Assembly: GCA_965204375.1 (NCBI GenBank)
Contig: OZ241986.1
Location: 3,520,001-3,584,000, forward strand
Direction: 5' to 3'
DNA: 64,000 nt
Origin: Candidatus Latescibacterota bacterium
Lineage (GTDB): Bacteria > Latescibacterota > UBA2968
The notes under the pieces are model-generated. The model did not search any database, was not told the origin of the DNA, and saw only the letters and a list, made by a program, of their open reading frames with translations. Both the position numbers and the translations under genes were made by a program. Shown here piece after piece: positions 45,335 through 55,917 of the stretch. The number at the start of each line of letters is the position of its first letter. Within the stretch, counting starts at the first letter, position 1.

Positions 45335-46135
45335 ATGACCGCAGATTGTCCCACAACCCCTGAAGATATCGCGCAATATCAAAAAAAGGGATTCATCAGC
45401 TATCCCAATTTCTTCTCTCCAGAAGACCTCCGGGAACTGGCAGACGCGCTCGACCACGCCGTAGCAATCAACCGCGCCAGAATCAAAGGCGCAGAAAACG
45501 CGGGACGAGGCAGACCCGAATACGAACTCGTATTTAATCAAATGGTCAACCTCTGGACCGACTATGCAGGCGCGCGAAAAATTGCCCTGAACAAACGCCT
45601 CGCAGAATCCGCTCGCCGACTATCACAAGCCAAACAAATCCGCATCTATCACGACCATGCACTCATAAAACCACCCGGCGTCAAAAGCCGGGAAACCAAC
45701 TGGCACCAGGACTTTCCGTACTGGTCTGGCATGGATCGCCCGGGCGCACTCTCTGCCTGGATCGCAATCGATGATGTCTATGTCGAAAATGGCTGCATGC
45801 ACTTCGTCCCCGGAAGCCACAAATTCGGCAAACAAGAAGGCATAAGCCTGACCACTCAGGGCGAAAGCATCGTCGAAAAAATGAAAGAACGCGGACACAA
45901 AGTCGCCGAACCGGAAACCATAGAACTGCCAGCCGGCGGCGTCACCTTCCACCATGGATGCAACTTCCACTATGCAGGACCCAACCTCAGCGACAAACCC
46001 CGCCGCGCATTCGCCATCATCTACATCCCCGACTACGTCCTCTTCACCGGCAAAAACGACGCAGCGGGCGCGCAAGACGAAATGGAAATCGGCAAACCCT
46101 GGGATCACCCCCTGCATCCCGTAATCGCAGAATAA
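45335..46135 (+). CDS. PhyH-like Fe(II)/2OG dioxygenase
   Basis: WHQDFPYW, NGCMHFVPGSH, HYAGPN.SDKPRRA. Confidence 0.93.
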   Translation: MTADCPTTPEDIAQYQKKGFISYPNFFSPEDLRELADALDHAVAINRARIKGAENAGRGRPEYELVFNQMVNLWTDYAGARKIALNKRLAESARRLSQAKQIRIYHDHALIKPPGVKSRETNWHQDFPYWSGMDRPGALSAWIAIDDVYVENGCMHFVPGSHKFGKQEGISLTTQGESIVEKMKERGHKVAEPETIELPAGGVTFHHGCNFHYAGPNLSDKPRRAFAIIYIPDYVLFTGKNDAAGAQDEMEIGKPWDHPLHPVIAE

Positions 46136-46147
46136 AGGAGGCCAAAA

Positions 46148-47098
46148 ATGTTGACCCCTGAACAATGCGAATCATACCAGCGCAACGGCTATCTCTTAGT
46201 CCCCAATCTCTTCTCAAAAGAGCAATTGGCACCCGCGCTCGAAGTCACAGAACAAAATGCTTACGGCAAATCTCACGAAGCATTCAACGCCGAAATAGAC
46301 GCCCATCCCGAAATTGCAGAAACACTCATCAGACCAAAAGGCCGCCGCAGCTTTGGCGGACCCCGCGCGCAATTTCACGACATCCCAACGGGTATTGACG
46401 CCATTGATCAGACCCTTGAACACGAACCTTTTTTAGACGCCCTATCCCAACTCTTAGACACACCCGACATGCACTACCACCACGGCTTTGTCTATGCCCG
46501 TAGCGGACGCTTAGACCGGGGAACCCCTAAAGAACCCTGGCAGGGCTTCCACATCGACTGGGCAAAACCTCTGCTCCCCCCGCACCCGGAATGGCAACGC
46601 TACGGCCACATTCAAGCCTGGGTTTATTTAACCGACAACGACGCAGACTGCGCCCCGGTCCGCGTATTGCCCGGCGCACACAGCAAAATGAACAAACTCA
46701 TCCGCGACCCAATAGGCACAGAACACGCATCTTATCGCTTTGACGACATCCGCGAACTCCCTTACAAATTCGAACCCGTCACCGCCACCGGAAAAACCGG
46801 AACCGTACTCTTTTACAGCTCACACATGCCCCATTCAGCCCAGGCATTCACCAACCCCAGAAAACAACGCGCAGTCCTCTTCTACGCCGTGGGCCGCAGA
46901 GACACCAGCACCTGGACACTCACGGAAAAACGAGACATACAAGAACGCGGACGCCTGCGCCCCTTCCTGACAAAAACCACCGCAAGAGTCCGCAGCCTCT
47001 TTGGCTGGCCCAATCCCGGTGACGACTTCTACACGCCAGAAACGCTTCACCTTATCAAAAACGCCTACCCAGAAATGGACCTCAGTCCATACTATTAA
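46148..47098 (+). CDS. PhyH-like Fe(II)/2OG dioxygenase
   Basis: YQRNGYL, FHID, VYLTD, PGAH, GTVLFY..PHSA, QRAV. Confidence 0.88.
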   Translation: MLTPEQCESYQRNGYLLVPNLFSKEQLAPALEVTEQNAYGKSHEAFNAEIDAHPEIAETLIRPKGRRSFGGPRAQFHDIPTGIDAIDQTLEHEPFLDALSQLLDTPDMHYHHGFVYARSGRLDRGTPKEPWQGFHIDWAKPLLPPHPEWQRYGHIQAWVYLTDNDADCAPVRVLPGAHSKMNKLIRDPIGTEHASYRFDDIRELPYKFEPVTATGKTGTVLFYSSHMPHSAQAFTNPRKQRAVLFYAVGRRDTSTWTLTEKRDIQERGRLRPFLTKTTARVRSLFGWPNPGDDFYTPETLHLIKNAYPEMDLSPYY

Positions 47099-47110
47099 GG
47101 AACATCGCAC

Positions 47111-48853
47111 ATGACAGAACGCCCCAATGTAATCCTGATCTTAACCGACGATCAGGGATATGGGGATCTAAGCTGCACGGGCAATCCCGTATTAAAAACA
47201 CCACATCTGGACCAATTATACGACCAGAGCGTGCGCTTGACCGACTACCACGTAGATGCCATGTGTTCTCCCACAAGAGCCGCGCTCATGACTGGACGAT
47301 ATGCTACGCGCACCGGCGTATGGAGCACCTTGCGGGGCCGATATATCATGCGCCGGGACGAAATCACCATCGCCGACGCATTTGCGGACTCGGGCTATCG
47401 CACCGGCATCTTTGGCAAATGGCATCTGGGCGACAACTATCCCTATCGCCCTTTTGACCGGGGATTTCGAGAATCCCTGAGCTTTGGCGGCGGCGTAGTA
47501 GGAGAAATCCCAGACCACTGGGACAACGACAACTTCACCGCCACATATCTCCGAAACGGCGCACCCGAACAACACGCCTGCTATTGCACAGACGTATGGT
47601 TCAACGAAGCCATGCAATTTATGGAGGCGGATGAAACCCCATTCTTCTGCTACATCTCCACCAACGCCCCCCATGGCCCATTCAACGTACACGAAAAATA
47701 CAGCGCACCTTATTTGAAACAGGGCATACCGAAACAGCGCGCGCGATTCTACGGCATGATCGCAAACATCGACGAAAACATCGGACGCCTCCGCCAGTGG
47801 CTCTCAGACAATAACCTGACAGAAAACACCATACTGATCTTCATGGGAGACAACGGCACATCCATGGGAACGGGAATAACCGCGGATGGATATCCAACAG
47901 ATGGATATAACGCGGGCATGCGCGGCAAAAAAACGTGGGTCTATGACGGCGGCCATCGCAACGCGTGTTTCATACACTGGCCCGCCGGAAAACTGACAGG
48001 CGGACGCGATATCGATCACCTGACCGCACACATCGACATCATGCCCACATTGATCGACCTCTGCGAACTTGAACCACCGGACGCAAAACTCGACGGCACC
48101 AGCCTCACACCTCTATTAAACAACACTTCTAACAACTGGCCCACACGCACCCTATTCGTACACCAGCAACAAATTGATCACCCGAAAAAATACAAAGACT
48201 TCGCCGCCATGACCGACCGCTGGCGACTCGTACACACGGGAACGTGGCGCGACCCACAATATGAACTATACGACCACAAACGCGACCCTGAGCAAAAATA
48301 CGACATAGCAGAGCACCATCCCGATATCGTACAAACACTGCGCGAAGCGTATGAAAATTGGTGGATTGACATCTCCCGGCGATTTGGCGAATACAGCGAA
48401 ATCGCAATCGGATCTCACCATGAAAATCCCACAACACTAACCGCACACAGTTGGCACGGAAAAGAAGGCATATACAGCCAGCGACATGTGCGCCAAAAAG
48501 AGCGAGACAACGGATTCTGGGCCATCGACATCGAACAAGACGGAGAATACGAATTTGAACTCCGCCGCTGGCCCATTGAAATCGACACACCGGTCTGCGC
48601 CGCACTACCGGGCAGAACCGGCGTACCTTATGTAGATGATCTACTACCGGGAGAAGCACTCACCATCAAAACGGCAAAATTGCAAGTAGGCGATATCGTC
48701 CAACAAAAAGCAGTTGGCGAAGAAGACAAATACATCGCCTTTCATCTATCACTCAAAAAAGGCTCAACCCACGTACAAACCTATTTTGACGATGGCATTG
48801 ACGAGCCACCTGGTGCCTACTATGTTTATATAAAGAGAATCAGTCCCGCTTAG
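47111..48853 (+). CDS. Arylsulfatase-type Cys sulfatase
   Basis: [37 protein letters not shown]. Confidence 0.95.
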   Translation: MTERPNVILILTDDQGYGDLSCTGNPVLKTPHLDQLYDQSVRLTDYHVDAMCSPTRAALMTGRYATRTGVWSTLRGRYIMRRDEITIADAFADSGYRTGIFGKWHLGDNYPYRPFDRGFRESLSFGGGVVGEIPDHWDNDNFTATYLRNGAPEQHACYCTDVWFNEAMQFMEADETPFFCYISTNAPHGPFNVHEKYSAPYLKQGIPKQRARFYGMIANIDENIGRLRQWLSDNNLTENTILIFMGDNGTSMGTGITADGYPTDGYNAGMRGKKTWVYDGGHRNACFIHWPAGKLTGGRDIDHLTAHIDIMPTLIDLCELEPPDAKLDGTSLTPLLNNTSNNWPTRTLFVHQQQIDHPKKYKDFAAMTDRWRLVHTGTWRDPQYELYDHKRDPEQKYDIAEHHPDIVQTLREAYENWWIDISRRFGEYSEIAIGSHHENPTTLTAHSWHGKEGIYSQRHVRQKERDNGFWAIDIEQDGEYEFELRRWPIEIDTPVCAALPGRTGVPYVDDLLPGEALTIKTAKLQVGDIVQQKAVGEEDKYIAFHLSLKKGSTHVQTYFDDGIDEPPGAYYVYIKRISPA

Positions 48854-48914
48854 CCACCTGGGACTACACAATCACATTTCGTTTTCGAGGTATATATCGA
48901 GAAAGGAGATCATA

Positions 48915-49172
48915 ATGCAGACCAGACTCACATTGCAGATGGATGATAAATTGGTTGCACTGGCCAAAACACATGCAAAGAAACGCGGAAAGTCGGTTTC
49001 AAAGCTCGTTGCAGACTATATCAAATTTTTGGATAGCCTGGAAAAGAGCAAACAGGAGCCGCCATCGAAAAAAAAATACGGGCCGATCACAGAATCTTTG
49101 AAGGGTGCATTGAAAGATGCAAAAGTAGATGAAGAGGACTATTATCGCTATCTTGAGGAAAAATATCGATGA
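48915..49172 (+). CDS. Ribbon-helix-helix antitoxin (DUF6364-like)
   Basis: TRLTLQMD..AK.HAKKRGKSVSKLV..Y, YLEEKY; ATGA overlap with the PIN gene. Confidence 0.82.
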   Translation: MQTRLTLQMDDKLVALAKTHAKKRGKSVSKLVADYIKFLDSLEKSKQEPPSKKKYGPITESLKGALKDAKVDEEDYYRYLEEKYR

Positions 49173-49615
49173 TTGTCCTTTTTGATACAGATGTGGTTTT
49201 GGATGTTTTGCTAGATCGCACACCTTTCGTCGAAGCTGCGCTACTTTTGTTTGATCACGCAGAACAAAAAGCGATTCATGGATATCTTTGTGCAACGACG
49301 ATAACGAATATTTATTATATCGCAAGGCCCAGAGTTGGCAAAGCTGTTGCTCTGAATCGCATCCGAGAATTGCTCGATATTTTTGAGATTGCATTGGTCA
49401 ACCGTTCTGTGTTGTCAATGGCTGTTGACGGCAGCTTTTCAGACTTTGAAGATGGTGTTTTATATGAATCTGCTCGCCGTGTTGGTGCTGAGTTTATTGT
49501 CACGCGCAATGCATCTGATTTTGAAAAATCCGAGATACCTGTTTATTCTCCAGATGATTTGAATGCATTAATAGATTTGCGCGACGCAGAAGAAGTGGAT
49601 ACAGGAGGAATTTAG
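49169..49615 (+). CDS. PIN-domain (VapC-like) toxin
   Basis: VLFDTDVVLD, DFEDG, IVTRN..DF. Confidence 0.88.
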   Translation: MIVLFDTDVVLDVLLDRTPFVEAALLLFDHAEQKAIHGYLCATTITNIYYIARPRVGKAVALNRIRELLDIFEIALVNRSVLSMAVDGSFSDFEDGVLYESARRVGAEFIVTRNASDFEKSEIPVYSPDDLNALIDLRDAEEVDTGGI

Positions 49616-49617
49616 AA

Positions 49618-50883
49618 ATGGCATCACGCGTAACGGGTGTCCCCCGCCCCGTAGGTATATCTGTTTACGACCCCGAGCGTAGCTGGAATGGCTATACGGT
49701 CTATGCTGGCGGTGAGATAATTGACATGAACGGCAACCTCGTAAAGCATTTTGAACTGTCACAACTGGGCAAAATAATGCCTGGCGGGCATATTCTCGGT
49801 GATCGGCGTTACAACGGTCCTCGTATGGAACGGGGGCGCGAACTCGTTCAGTTGGATTGGGATGGGAATGAAGTCTGGCACTATAATAAAACTGAGCAAA
49901 TCGAGATTGATAAGAAAAAAATCTGGTCCGCCAAGCAACACCACGATTTTGAGCGCGAAGGCAGTCCAACCGGGTATTATGCGCCGGGTTTAGATCCCAT
50001 TATAGAAGGCGGAAATACAATAGTGCTCGCAGCAAAAGAAGTCGAAAGGCCACATATCGCACCTGGGGTGCTGCATGGCGATTGTATTTTGGAAGTAAAT
50101 TGGGACGGTGACATCGTGTGGGAATGGCAAAGTGTGGATCACTTTGATGAAATGGACTTTAGCGAAGAAGCAAAAAATGCGATTTACCGGGGTGGGCGTG
50201 TCGGAGCAGATCCTTATGACTGGGTACACTCCAACAGTGTATCCTATTTGGGCCCAAACAAATGGTATGATGCTGGCGATGAGCGCTTTCATCCAAATAA
50301 TTTTATTTGGGATGGCCGACATACCAACACAATCGCAGTAATCAGCAAAGAAACGGGTGAAATCGCGTGGAAAGTCGGGCCGGATTATTCACTGACATCC
50401 AAACTGCGGGCATTGGGCTGGATTATTGGACTGCATCACGCACATATGATACCAAAAGGCTTGCCCGGTGAAGGCAATATCCTGGTATTTGATAATGGCG
50501 GTGCTGCTGGATATGGCGCACCGAATCCGGGTGCTCCCAACGGACGGATGAACGCGGTACGAGATTATTCTCGTGTGGTAGAATTCGATCCAATAACACT
50601 GGAGCTCGTATGGGAGTATTCCGCGCTCAAGGCGGATGGCGACCGGATCCGCGCCTACCGTTTTTACAGCCGTCCGTGGAGTTCTGCACAGCGCTTGCCC
50701 AATGGCAATACACTGATTTGCGAAGGAGCAGGTGGTCGGCTTTTTGAAGTCACTCCCGAACTTGAAATAGTCTGGGAATTTATCAGCCCTCGCGAAACGT
50801 GTTATCGCGCTTATCGCGTCCCTTATGAGTGGATCCCGCAACTGGACAAACCAGAAGAAAAAGCTATCGCCGTCAAAAAATAA
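49618..50883 (+). CDS. Arylsulfate sulfotransferase (ASST) family protein, no signal peptide
   Basis: IDMNGN, QHHD, DWVHSNS, HHAH, ILVFDNG, SRVVE, SAQRLPNGNTLI, YRAYR. Confidence 0.85.
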   Translation: MASRVTGVPRPVGISVYDPERSWNGYTVYAGGEIIDMNGNLVKHFELSQLGKIMPGGHILGDRRYNGPRMERGRELVQLDWDGNEVWHYNKTEQIEIDKKKIWSAKQHHDFEREGSPTGYYAPGLDPIIEGGNTIVLAAKEVERPHIAPGVLHGDCILEVNWDGDIVWEWQSVDHFDEMDFSEEAKNAIYRGGRVGADPYDWVHSNSVSYLGPNKWYDAGDERFHPNNFIWDGRHTNTIAVISKETGEIAWKVGPDYSLTSKLRALGWIIGLHHAHMIPKGLPGEGNILVFDNGGAAGYGAPNPGAPNGRMNAVRDYSRVVEFDPITLELVWEYSALKADGDRIRAYRFYSRPWSSAQRLPNGNTLICEGAGGRLFEVTPELEIVWEFISPRETCYRAYRVPYEWIPQLDKPEEKAIAVKK

Positions 50884-50893
50884 AGGAGCACAA

Positions 50894-52033
50894 ATGAAAA
50901 TCACCGATCTACACGTCATGCGTATGGGCACACCGGGAAAGGGTGGGGGGACAAACTGGACATTTGTAAAAATCGAAACCGACGCCGGCATATACGGACT
51001 GGGCGAAGCCAGTCTGCAATACAAAGACGAAGGACTAATAGCGGAATTCGGAGCATTCAAACGATTCCTAATCGGCAAAGACCCCTTTGAAATCGAGCGA
51101 CTATGGACCTCGCTATATCGGCGCGTCACCTGGTCTGGCGGACCCGTAACCACCAGTGCCATCAGCGCCATTGACCTCGCGCTATGGGACATCAAAGGAA
51201 AAGCACTCGGCGTACCCGTATATGAACTGCTCGGCGGCAAATCTCACGATAAAATACGCATGTACGCCAACGGCTGGCCCAGCAAAGGAAACACACCCGA
51301 AAGCATTGCCGAAGGCGTAAAACAGGTCGTAGATCAGGGCTATACAGCCTTAAAATTCTATCCCTTTGGCGGCGAACAAGTCGCAAAAATCGACCGAATA
51401 GAACACGGCGTCGCACTCGTAGAAGCCGCGCGAGAAACCGCCGGACCGCAAGTCGAAATCGGCATTGACATCCGCACGCGGTTAAACATCTGGAGCGCGC
51501 GCCGGGTCGCACAAGCACTCGAACCATACAACATCGCCTGGATGGAAGAACCCATCTTATGGGACAACCCCGAAGCCCTCGCGCAATTTGCCCACGAAGT
51601 GCGCGTACCCATTGCAACCGGCGAACAACTGTACACCCGCTGGGGATTCCGCTCACTATTAGAACTGAACGCCGTAGGCATCATCCAGCCGGACATCTGC
51701 CACGCGGGCGGCATCACCGAACTAAAAAAAATAGCGGCAATGGCCGAAACCTATTACGTAACCGTCGCACCGCACAACTCCAACGGCCCGATCTCCACCA
51801 TCGCCAGCCTGCATCTGGACCTCTGCATACACAACAGCCTGATGCAGGAAATATTCCTATCGTCCATCGGCCACTACAACGAAGTCCTCACACAGCCTAT
51901 CGAAGTAATCGACGGCTATTGTGTCCCACCCGAAGGGCCCGGCTGGGGCGTAGATTTGAAAGCAGATGTCCTGGCAAAATATCCGCCAAAACCATTTACC
52001 CCCATTGAATCAGAGCCTTATGTAGAATTTTGA
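50894..52033 (+). CDS. Mandelate racemase/enolase-superfamily acid-sugar dehydratase
   Basis: AISAIDLALWDIKGK.LGVPVYELLGG, WMEEP, PIATGE, IIQPD, APHN. Confidence 0.9.
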   Translation: MKITDLHVMRMGTPGKGGGTNWTFVKIETDAGIYGLGEASLQYKDEGLIAEFGAFKRFLIGKDPFEIERLWTSLYRRVTWSGGPVTTSAISAIDLALWDIKGKALGVPVYELLGGKSHDKIRMYANGWPSKGNTPESIAEGVKQVVDQGYTALKFYPFGGEQVAKIDRIEHGVALVEAARETAGPQVEIGIDIRTRLNIWSARRVAQALEPYNIAWMEEPILWDNPEALAQFAHEVRVPIATGEQLYTRWGFRSLLELNAVGIIQPDICHAGGITELKKIAAMAETYYVTVAPHNSNGPISTIASLHLDLCIHNSLMQEIFLSSIGHYNEVLTQPIEVIDGYCVPPEGPGWGVDLKADVLAKYPPKPFTPIESEPYVEF

Positions 52034-52058
52034 TAATTCTATCTTTACAGGAGAAACC

Positions 52059-53468
52059 ATGGCAATACAACTACCCGAAGGCCCTTTTGAACCGAACTGG
52101 GATTCACTCTCAAATTATCGCGTTCCCGACTGGTATCAGAACGACAAATTTGGCATCTTCATTCACTGGGGCGTGTATTCAGTACCCGCTTATGGAAGCG
52201 AATGGTACCCCCGCAACATGTATCAACAAGGCTCCAAAGAATTCGCGCATCATGTAGCGACCCATGGCGAACACAGCAAATTTGGATACAAAGACTTCAT
52301 CCCCATGTTCAAAGCGGAAAAATACGATCCCGACCACTGGGCCGACTTATTCCGCAGAGCCGGCGCCCGCTTTGTCGTCCCCGTAGCCGAGCATCACGAT
52401 GGATTTGCCATGTACGACACCGACCTGTCGGACTGGTGCGCGGGCAAAATGGGACCCAAACGCGATCTCATTGGCGAACTCGCCGAAGCCGTACGCAAAC
52501 AATGGCTGATATTTGGATTATCGACGCACCGCGCAGAACACTGGTGGTTCATGGATGGCGGGATGCAATTTGACTCCGATGTGCAAGACGGACAATACGC
52601 GGGCTTATACGGACCCGCGCAACCGAGGGACAGCCAGCCCAACGAAGAATTCTTAGACGACTGGCTCGCACGCACCTGCGAACTTGTCGATAAATACCAC
52701 CCGCAAATCGTGTGGTTTGATTGGTGGATACAAGAACCCGCTTTCGCGTCTTACGTACAGCGTTTTGCAGCCTACTATTACAACCGCGGCGCCGAATGGG
52801 ATCGCGGTGTAGCGATCAATTACAAACACGATACCTTTCCCCCAGAGGTCGCAGTTTACGACATTGAACGCGGGCAATTAGACGACATCAACCCGCACTT
52901 CTGGCAAACCGACACCTGCGTAGCGAGAAAATCCTGGGGATATATCGAAGAAGAACGGGGATACAAAAGCGCCTCGCAATTAATCGGCGACCTGGTAGAT
53001 ATCGTGAGCAAAAACGGCGCACTCTTGCTCAACGTAGGCCCCCGCGCCGATGGCACAATCCCCGAAGAAGAAGAGGCACTGCTACTCGCAATCGGCAAAT
53101 GGCTCACCGTGAACGGCGAAGCGATCTACGACTCGCGCCCCTGGAAAGTATTTGGCGAAGGCCCCACAGAAGTCGCAACAGGTTCATTCACCGATACAAA
53201 GCGGCAGATGTTTACCGAACGCGACATCCGCTTCACCACGCGAGGGGACATCCTCTACGCAACCGTATTGGCAATACCCGAAAAAGATGAAGTAACGATC
53301 CAATCGCTCGGTTCCTCCCTGCGTCTGCTAACCAAACCAATCGACAAAGTCGAACTATTGGGAGCAGGCACATTGAAGTGGTCGCAAACAATGCGCGGAC
53401 TAAAAGTCCAATTGCCCGCAGAAAAACCATGCGAACACGCGCTCGTCTTAAAAATCACGCCAAAATAA
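52059..53468 (+). CDS. GH29 alpha-L-fucosidase
   Basis: KFGIFIHWGVYSVP, AEHHDGF, WFDW, VSKNGALLLNVGP. Confidence 0.95.
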   Translation: MAIQLPEGPFEPNWDSLSNYRVPDWYQNDKFGIFIHWGVYSVPAYGSEWYPRNMYQQGSKEFAHHVATHGEHSKFGYKDFIPMFKAEKYDPDHWADLFRRAGARFVVPVAEHHDGFAMYDTDLSDWCAGKMGPKRDLIGELAEAVRKQWLIFGLSTHRAEHWWFMDGGMQFDSDVQDGQYAGLYGPAQPRDSQPNEEFLDDWLARTCELVDKYHPQIVWFDWWIQEPAFASYVQRFAAYYYNRGAEWDRGVAINYKHDTFPPEVAVYDIERGQLDDINPHFWQTDTCVARKSWGYIEEERGYKSASQLIGDLVDIVSKNGALLLNVGPRADGTIPEEEEALLLAIGKWLTVNGEAIYDSRPWKVFGEGPTEVATGSFTDTKRQMFTERDIRFTTRGDILYATVLAIPEKDEVTIQSLGSSLRLLTKPIDKVELLGAGTLKWSQTMRGLKVQLPAEKPCEHALVLKITPK

Positions 53469-53540
53469 GCGTGCCCTGTGCCCGCCCGTTAGCGGAACCG
53501 GCGTTCAAGTGCCGCTTTTACAAAAAAGGAAACCTGCGTC

Positions 53541-55115
53541 ATGCGCTTTTTTAACACGACCGGGCCGGTGGTAGCTGAGGATCACTACTGCATCCCACCC
53601 TTAAAACGGCTCGACCTCACCGAGGTTCGGCAACTCATCCGCGACAAACGCTACTTCGTCCTGCACGCGCCCCGGCAGACAGGCAAGACTTCTGCTCTGC
53701 TGGCCCTGCGCGACCTGCTCAACGCCGAGGGCAACTACCGTTGCGTGTACGTCAATATCGAAAGTGCCCAAGCCATGCGCGAAAATGTGGAACGGGCGAT
53801 GCAGGTCATCTTGGGCGATCTGGCTTCTTGGGCGCGTTTGACGTTAAGCGACGAATTTTTGACCGAGAATTGGTCTGGCATCTTCGCTGAGTTCGGCGCA
53901 GGTGCGCTACGCGAGGTGTTGACGCGCTGGGCACAGGCCGATCCGAAACCGCTGGTGCTGCTCATCGATGAGATCGACTCCTTGATCGGCGATACGCTGT
54001 TGGCCGTACTGCGGCAACTCAGAGCGGGTTATGTTCTGCGTCCGACGAGTTTTCCGCAAAGCGTGGTGCTGTGCGGGGTGCGCGATGTACGTGATTACCG
54101 CATCCAATCCACCGCAGAGAACGCGATTATCGCGGGCGGCAGCGCGTTCAACATTCGAGCTGAATCCCTGCGCCTGGGCGACTTTTCGCCGGACGAGGTG
54201 CATACACTCCTATCGCAACACACCGAGACAACCGGACAGATATTCGCTGAGGACGCACAGAACGAGATATGGAAACTGACGCGGGGACAGCCGTGGCTCG
54301 TGAACGCTTTGGCTTATGAAACCTGTTTTAAGAACAAGAGCGGGCGAGATCGCAGCCAACCCATCACAGCCGAGGCGATATGCGACGCACGGGAGCAACT
54401 CATCCTGCGTCGAGAGATACACCTCGACCAGTTGGCCGACAAGCTCAAGGAAGACCGCGTGCGGCGCGTCGTTGAGCCGCTACTGAGCGGCGGTGAGGAA
54501 CGCCACTTCACTGACCGCGACCTGGAGTATGTGCAGGATCTCGGTCTTGTAGCTCAAGATCTGCCGTACCGCATTGCCAATCCCATCTACGCCGAAGTCG
54601 TGCCCCGCGAACTGACGTGGGTGGTACAAGGGGAGTTTGAGCAGGAAACCGCCTGGTACGTCAATGACGATGGCAGCCTGAATGTGGTCAAACTGATGAC
54701 CGAGTTCCAGACCTTCTTCCGCGAGCACTCAGAGCATTGGGTGAGACGATTTCAATACCAGGAGGCGGGGCCACAGTTGTTATTGCAGGCGTTTTTGCAG
54801 CGCATTTTGAACAGCGGTGGACGCATTGAGCGGGAGTATGGCCTTGGGCGGATGCGTACGGATCTATTGATCGTCTGGCCGCAGGGCGATGTGACGCGCA
54901 AGATTGTGATTGAGTGCAAAATTCTCCACAAGGGCCTGGAGCAGACCATTGCCGATGGCCTGAAACAGACCGCGGAGTACATGGATCGCTGCGATGCGGA
55001 GGCGGGGCATCTGGTGGTCTTTGACCGTCGAGAAGACAGACGTTGGGAAGAGAAGGTTTTCCACCGTCGCCAGGTATCGGAAAGCGGCGTGGAGATCGAT
55101 ATTTGGGGCATGTAA
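53541..55115 (+). CDS. AAA-like ATPase with C-terminal PD-(D/E)XK nuclease-like domain
   Basis: MRFFNTTGP, APRQTGKTS, LLIDEID, REY..GRMRTDLLI..VIECK. Confidence 0.85.
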   Translation: MRFFNTTGPVVAEDHYCIPPLKRLDLTEVRQLIRDKRYFVLHAPRQTGKTSALLALRDLLNAEGNYRCVYVNIESAQAMRENVERAMQVILGDLASWARLTLSDEFLTENWSGIFAEFGAGALREVLTRWAQADPKPLVLLIDEIDSLIGDTLLAVLRQLRAGYVLRPTSFPQSVVLCGVRDVRDYRIQSTAENAIIAGGSAFNIRAESLRLGDFSPDEVHTLLSQHTETTGQIFAEDAQNEIWKLTRGQPWLVNALAYETCFKNKSGRDRSQPITAEAICDAREQLILRREIHLDQLADKLKEDRVRRVVEPLLSGGEERHFTDRDLEYVQDLGLVAQDLPYRIANPIYAEVVPRELTWVVQGEFEQETAWYVNDDGSLNVVKLMTEFQTFFREHSEHWVRRFQYQEAGPQLLLQAFLQRILNSGGRIEREYGLGRMRTDLLIVWPQGDVTRKIVIECKILHKGLEQTIADGLKQTAEYMDRCDAEAGHLVVFDRREDRRWEEKVFHRRQVSESGVEIDIWGM

Positions 55116-55131
55116 TTGAGGAACTTATCCA

Positions 55132-55917
55132 ATGACATCCGATCACATACACTGGTCATTTCAGTACGATGGCAGAAGTCAGACGCCCCATTTTGGCAAT
55201 CAGTTGATCGAAATACTGAATGCAGGCACTATGCCATCGCCTGAAAAAAAATACACCGTCCTCCCGAACTACTGGAAAGGATACAAAGGGCGGGCAGGTG
55301 GAGAAGCCCCGCGCGACCTATCAATTGGCGAAGTAATAATCGATAGAAAGCGCGAACCATCGAAAAACTGGCATTACGATATTCAATTTCTCAACACCAC
55401 AAGTGGCGAAAATCTGCACCTCGACTACACTTGCGCGGACGACGACTTTCACACCCTGCGGGATACCTGGCGCGTAACAGCGACCAATGGTGCAGGAGAT
55501 AAATATCGCCAATTCACCTGCGAGGGACACATCACATCACAGGAAGACCAGCAGCGCGTCACACTCGTCGTCAACAACACAACCTTACCACTCGGCCATA
55601 TCGACAACACCCACCCCATCACCTGCAACTGGACGCTATTCGACGTCATTCCAAAACTCGCACACCAGTTAAAATCTTCCGGCAAACAAATCTCCCTCAC
55701 CATATTGGAAGACCTCGAAAAAGTCCGCACACCCGCACATATCGGCTATATGGAAGACTGCACTTTACCACTCAGCGACAGAACCCTAAAACTCTCCGGC
55801 TTCTTCGTCTATGGCGCGGGAACACTACCCTCGTACTGGTGGCTGGACCAGCAAGAACAGGTCATGATCGCATCGACCACATTCCAGACCTTTGTAATCT
55901 CAGGAGGTGCAGCATGA
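55132..55917 (+). CDS. Hypothetical protein
   Basis: 261-aa ORF with SD GAGG; stop overlaps the sulfatase start (ATGA). No family recognised. Confidence 0.7.
   Translation: MTSDHIHWSFQYDGRSQTPHFGNQLIEILNAGTMPSPEKKYTVLPNYWKGYKGRAGGEAPRDLSIGEVIIDRKREPSKNWHYDIQFLNTTSGENLHLDYTCADDDFHTLRDTWRVTATNGAGDKYRQFTCEGHITSQEDQQRVTLVVNNTTLPLGHIDNTHPITCNWTLFDVIPKLAHQLKSSGKQISLTILEDLEKVRTPAHIGYMEDCTLPLSDRTLKLSGFFVYGAGTLPSYWWLDQQEQVMIASTTFQTFVISGGAA

Noticed and set aside
50894-52033. Gene symbol dgoD
   Set aside because: The DxH catalytic motif is replaced, so orthology is not supported.
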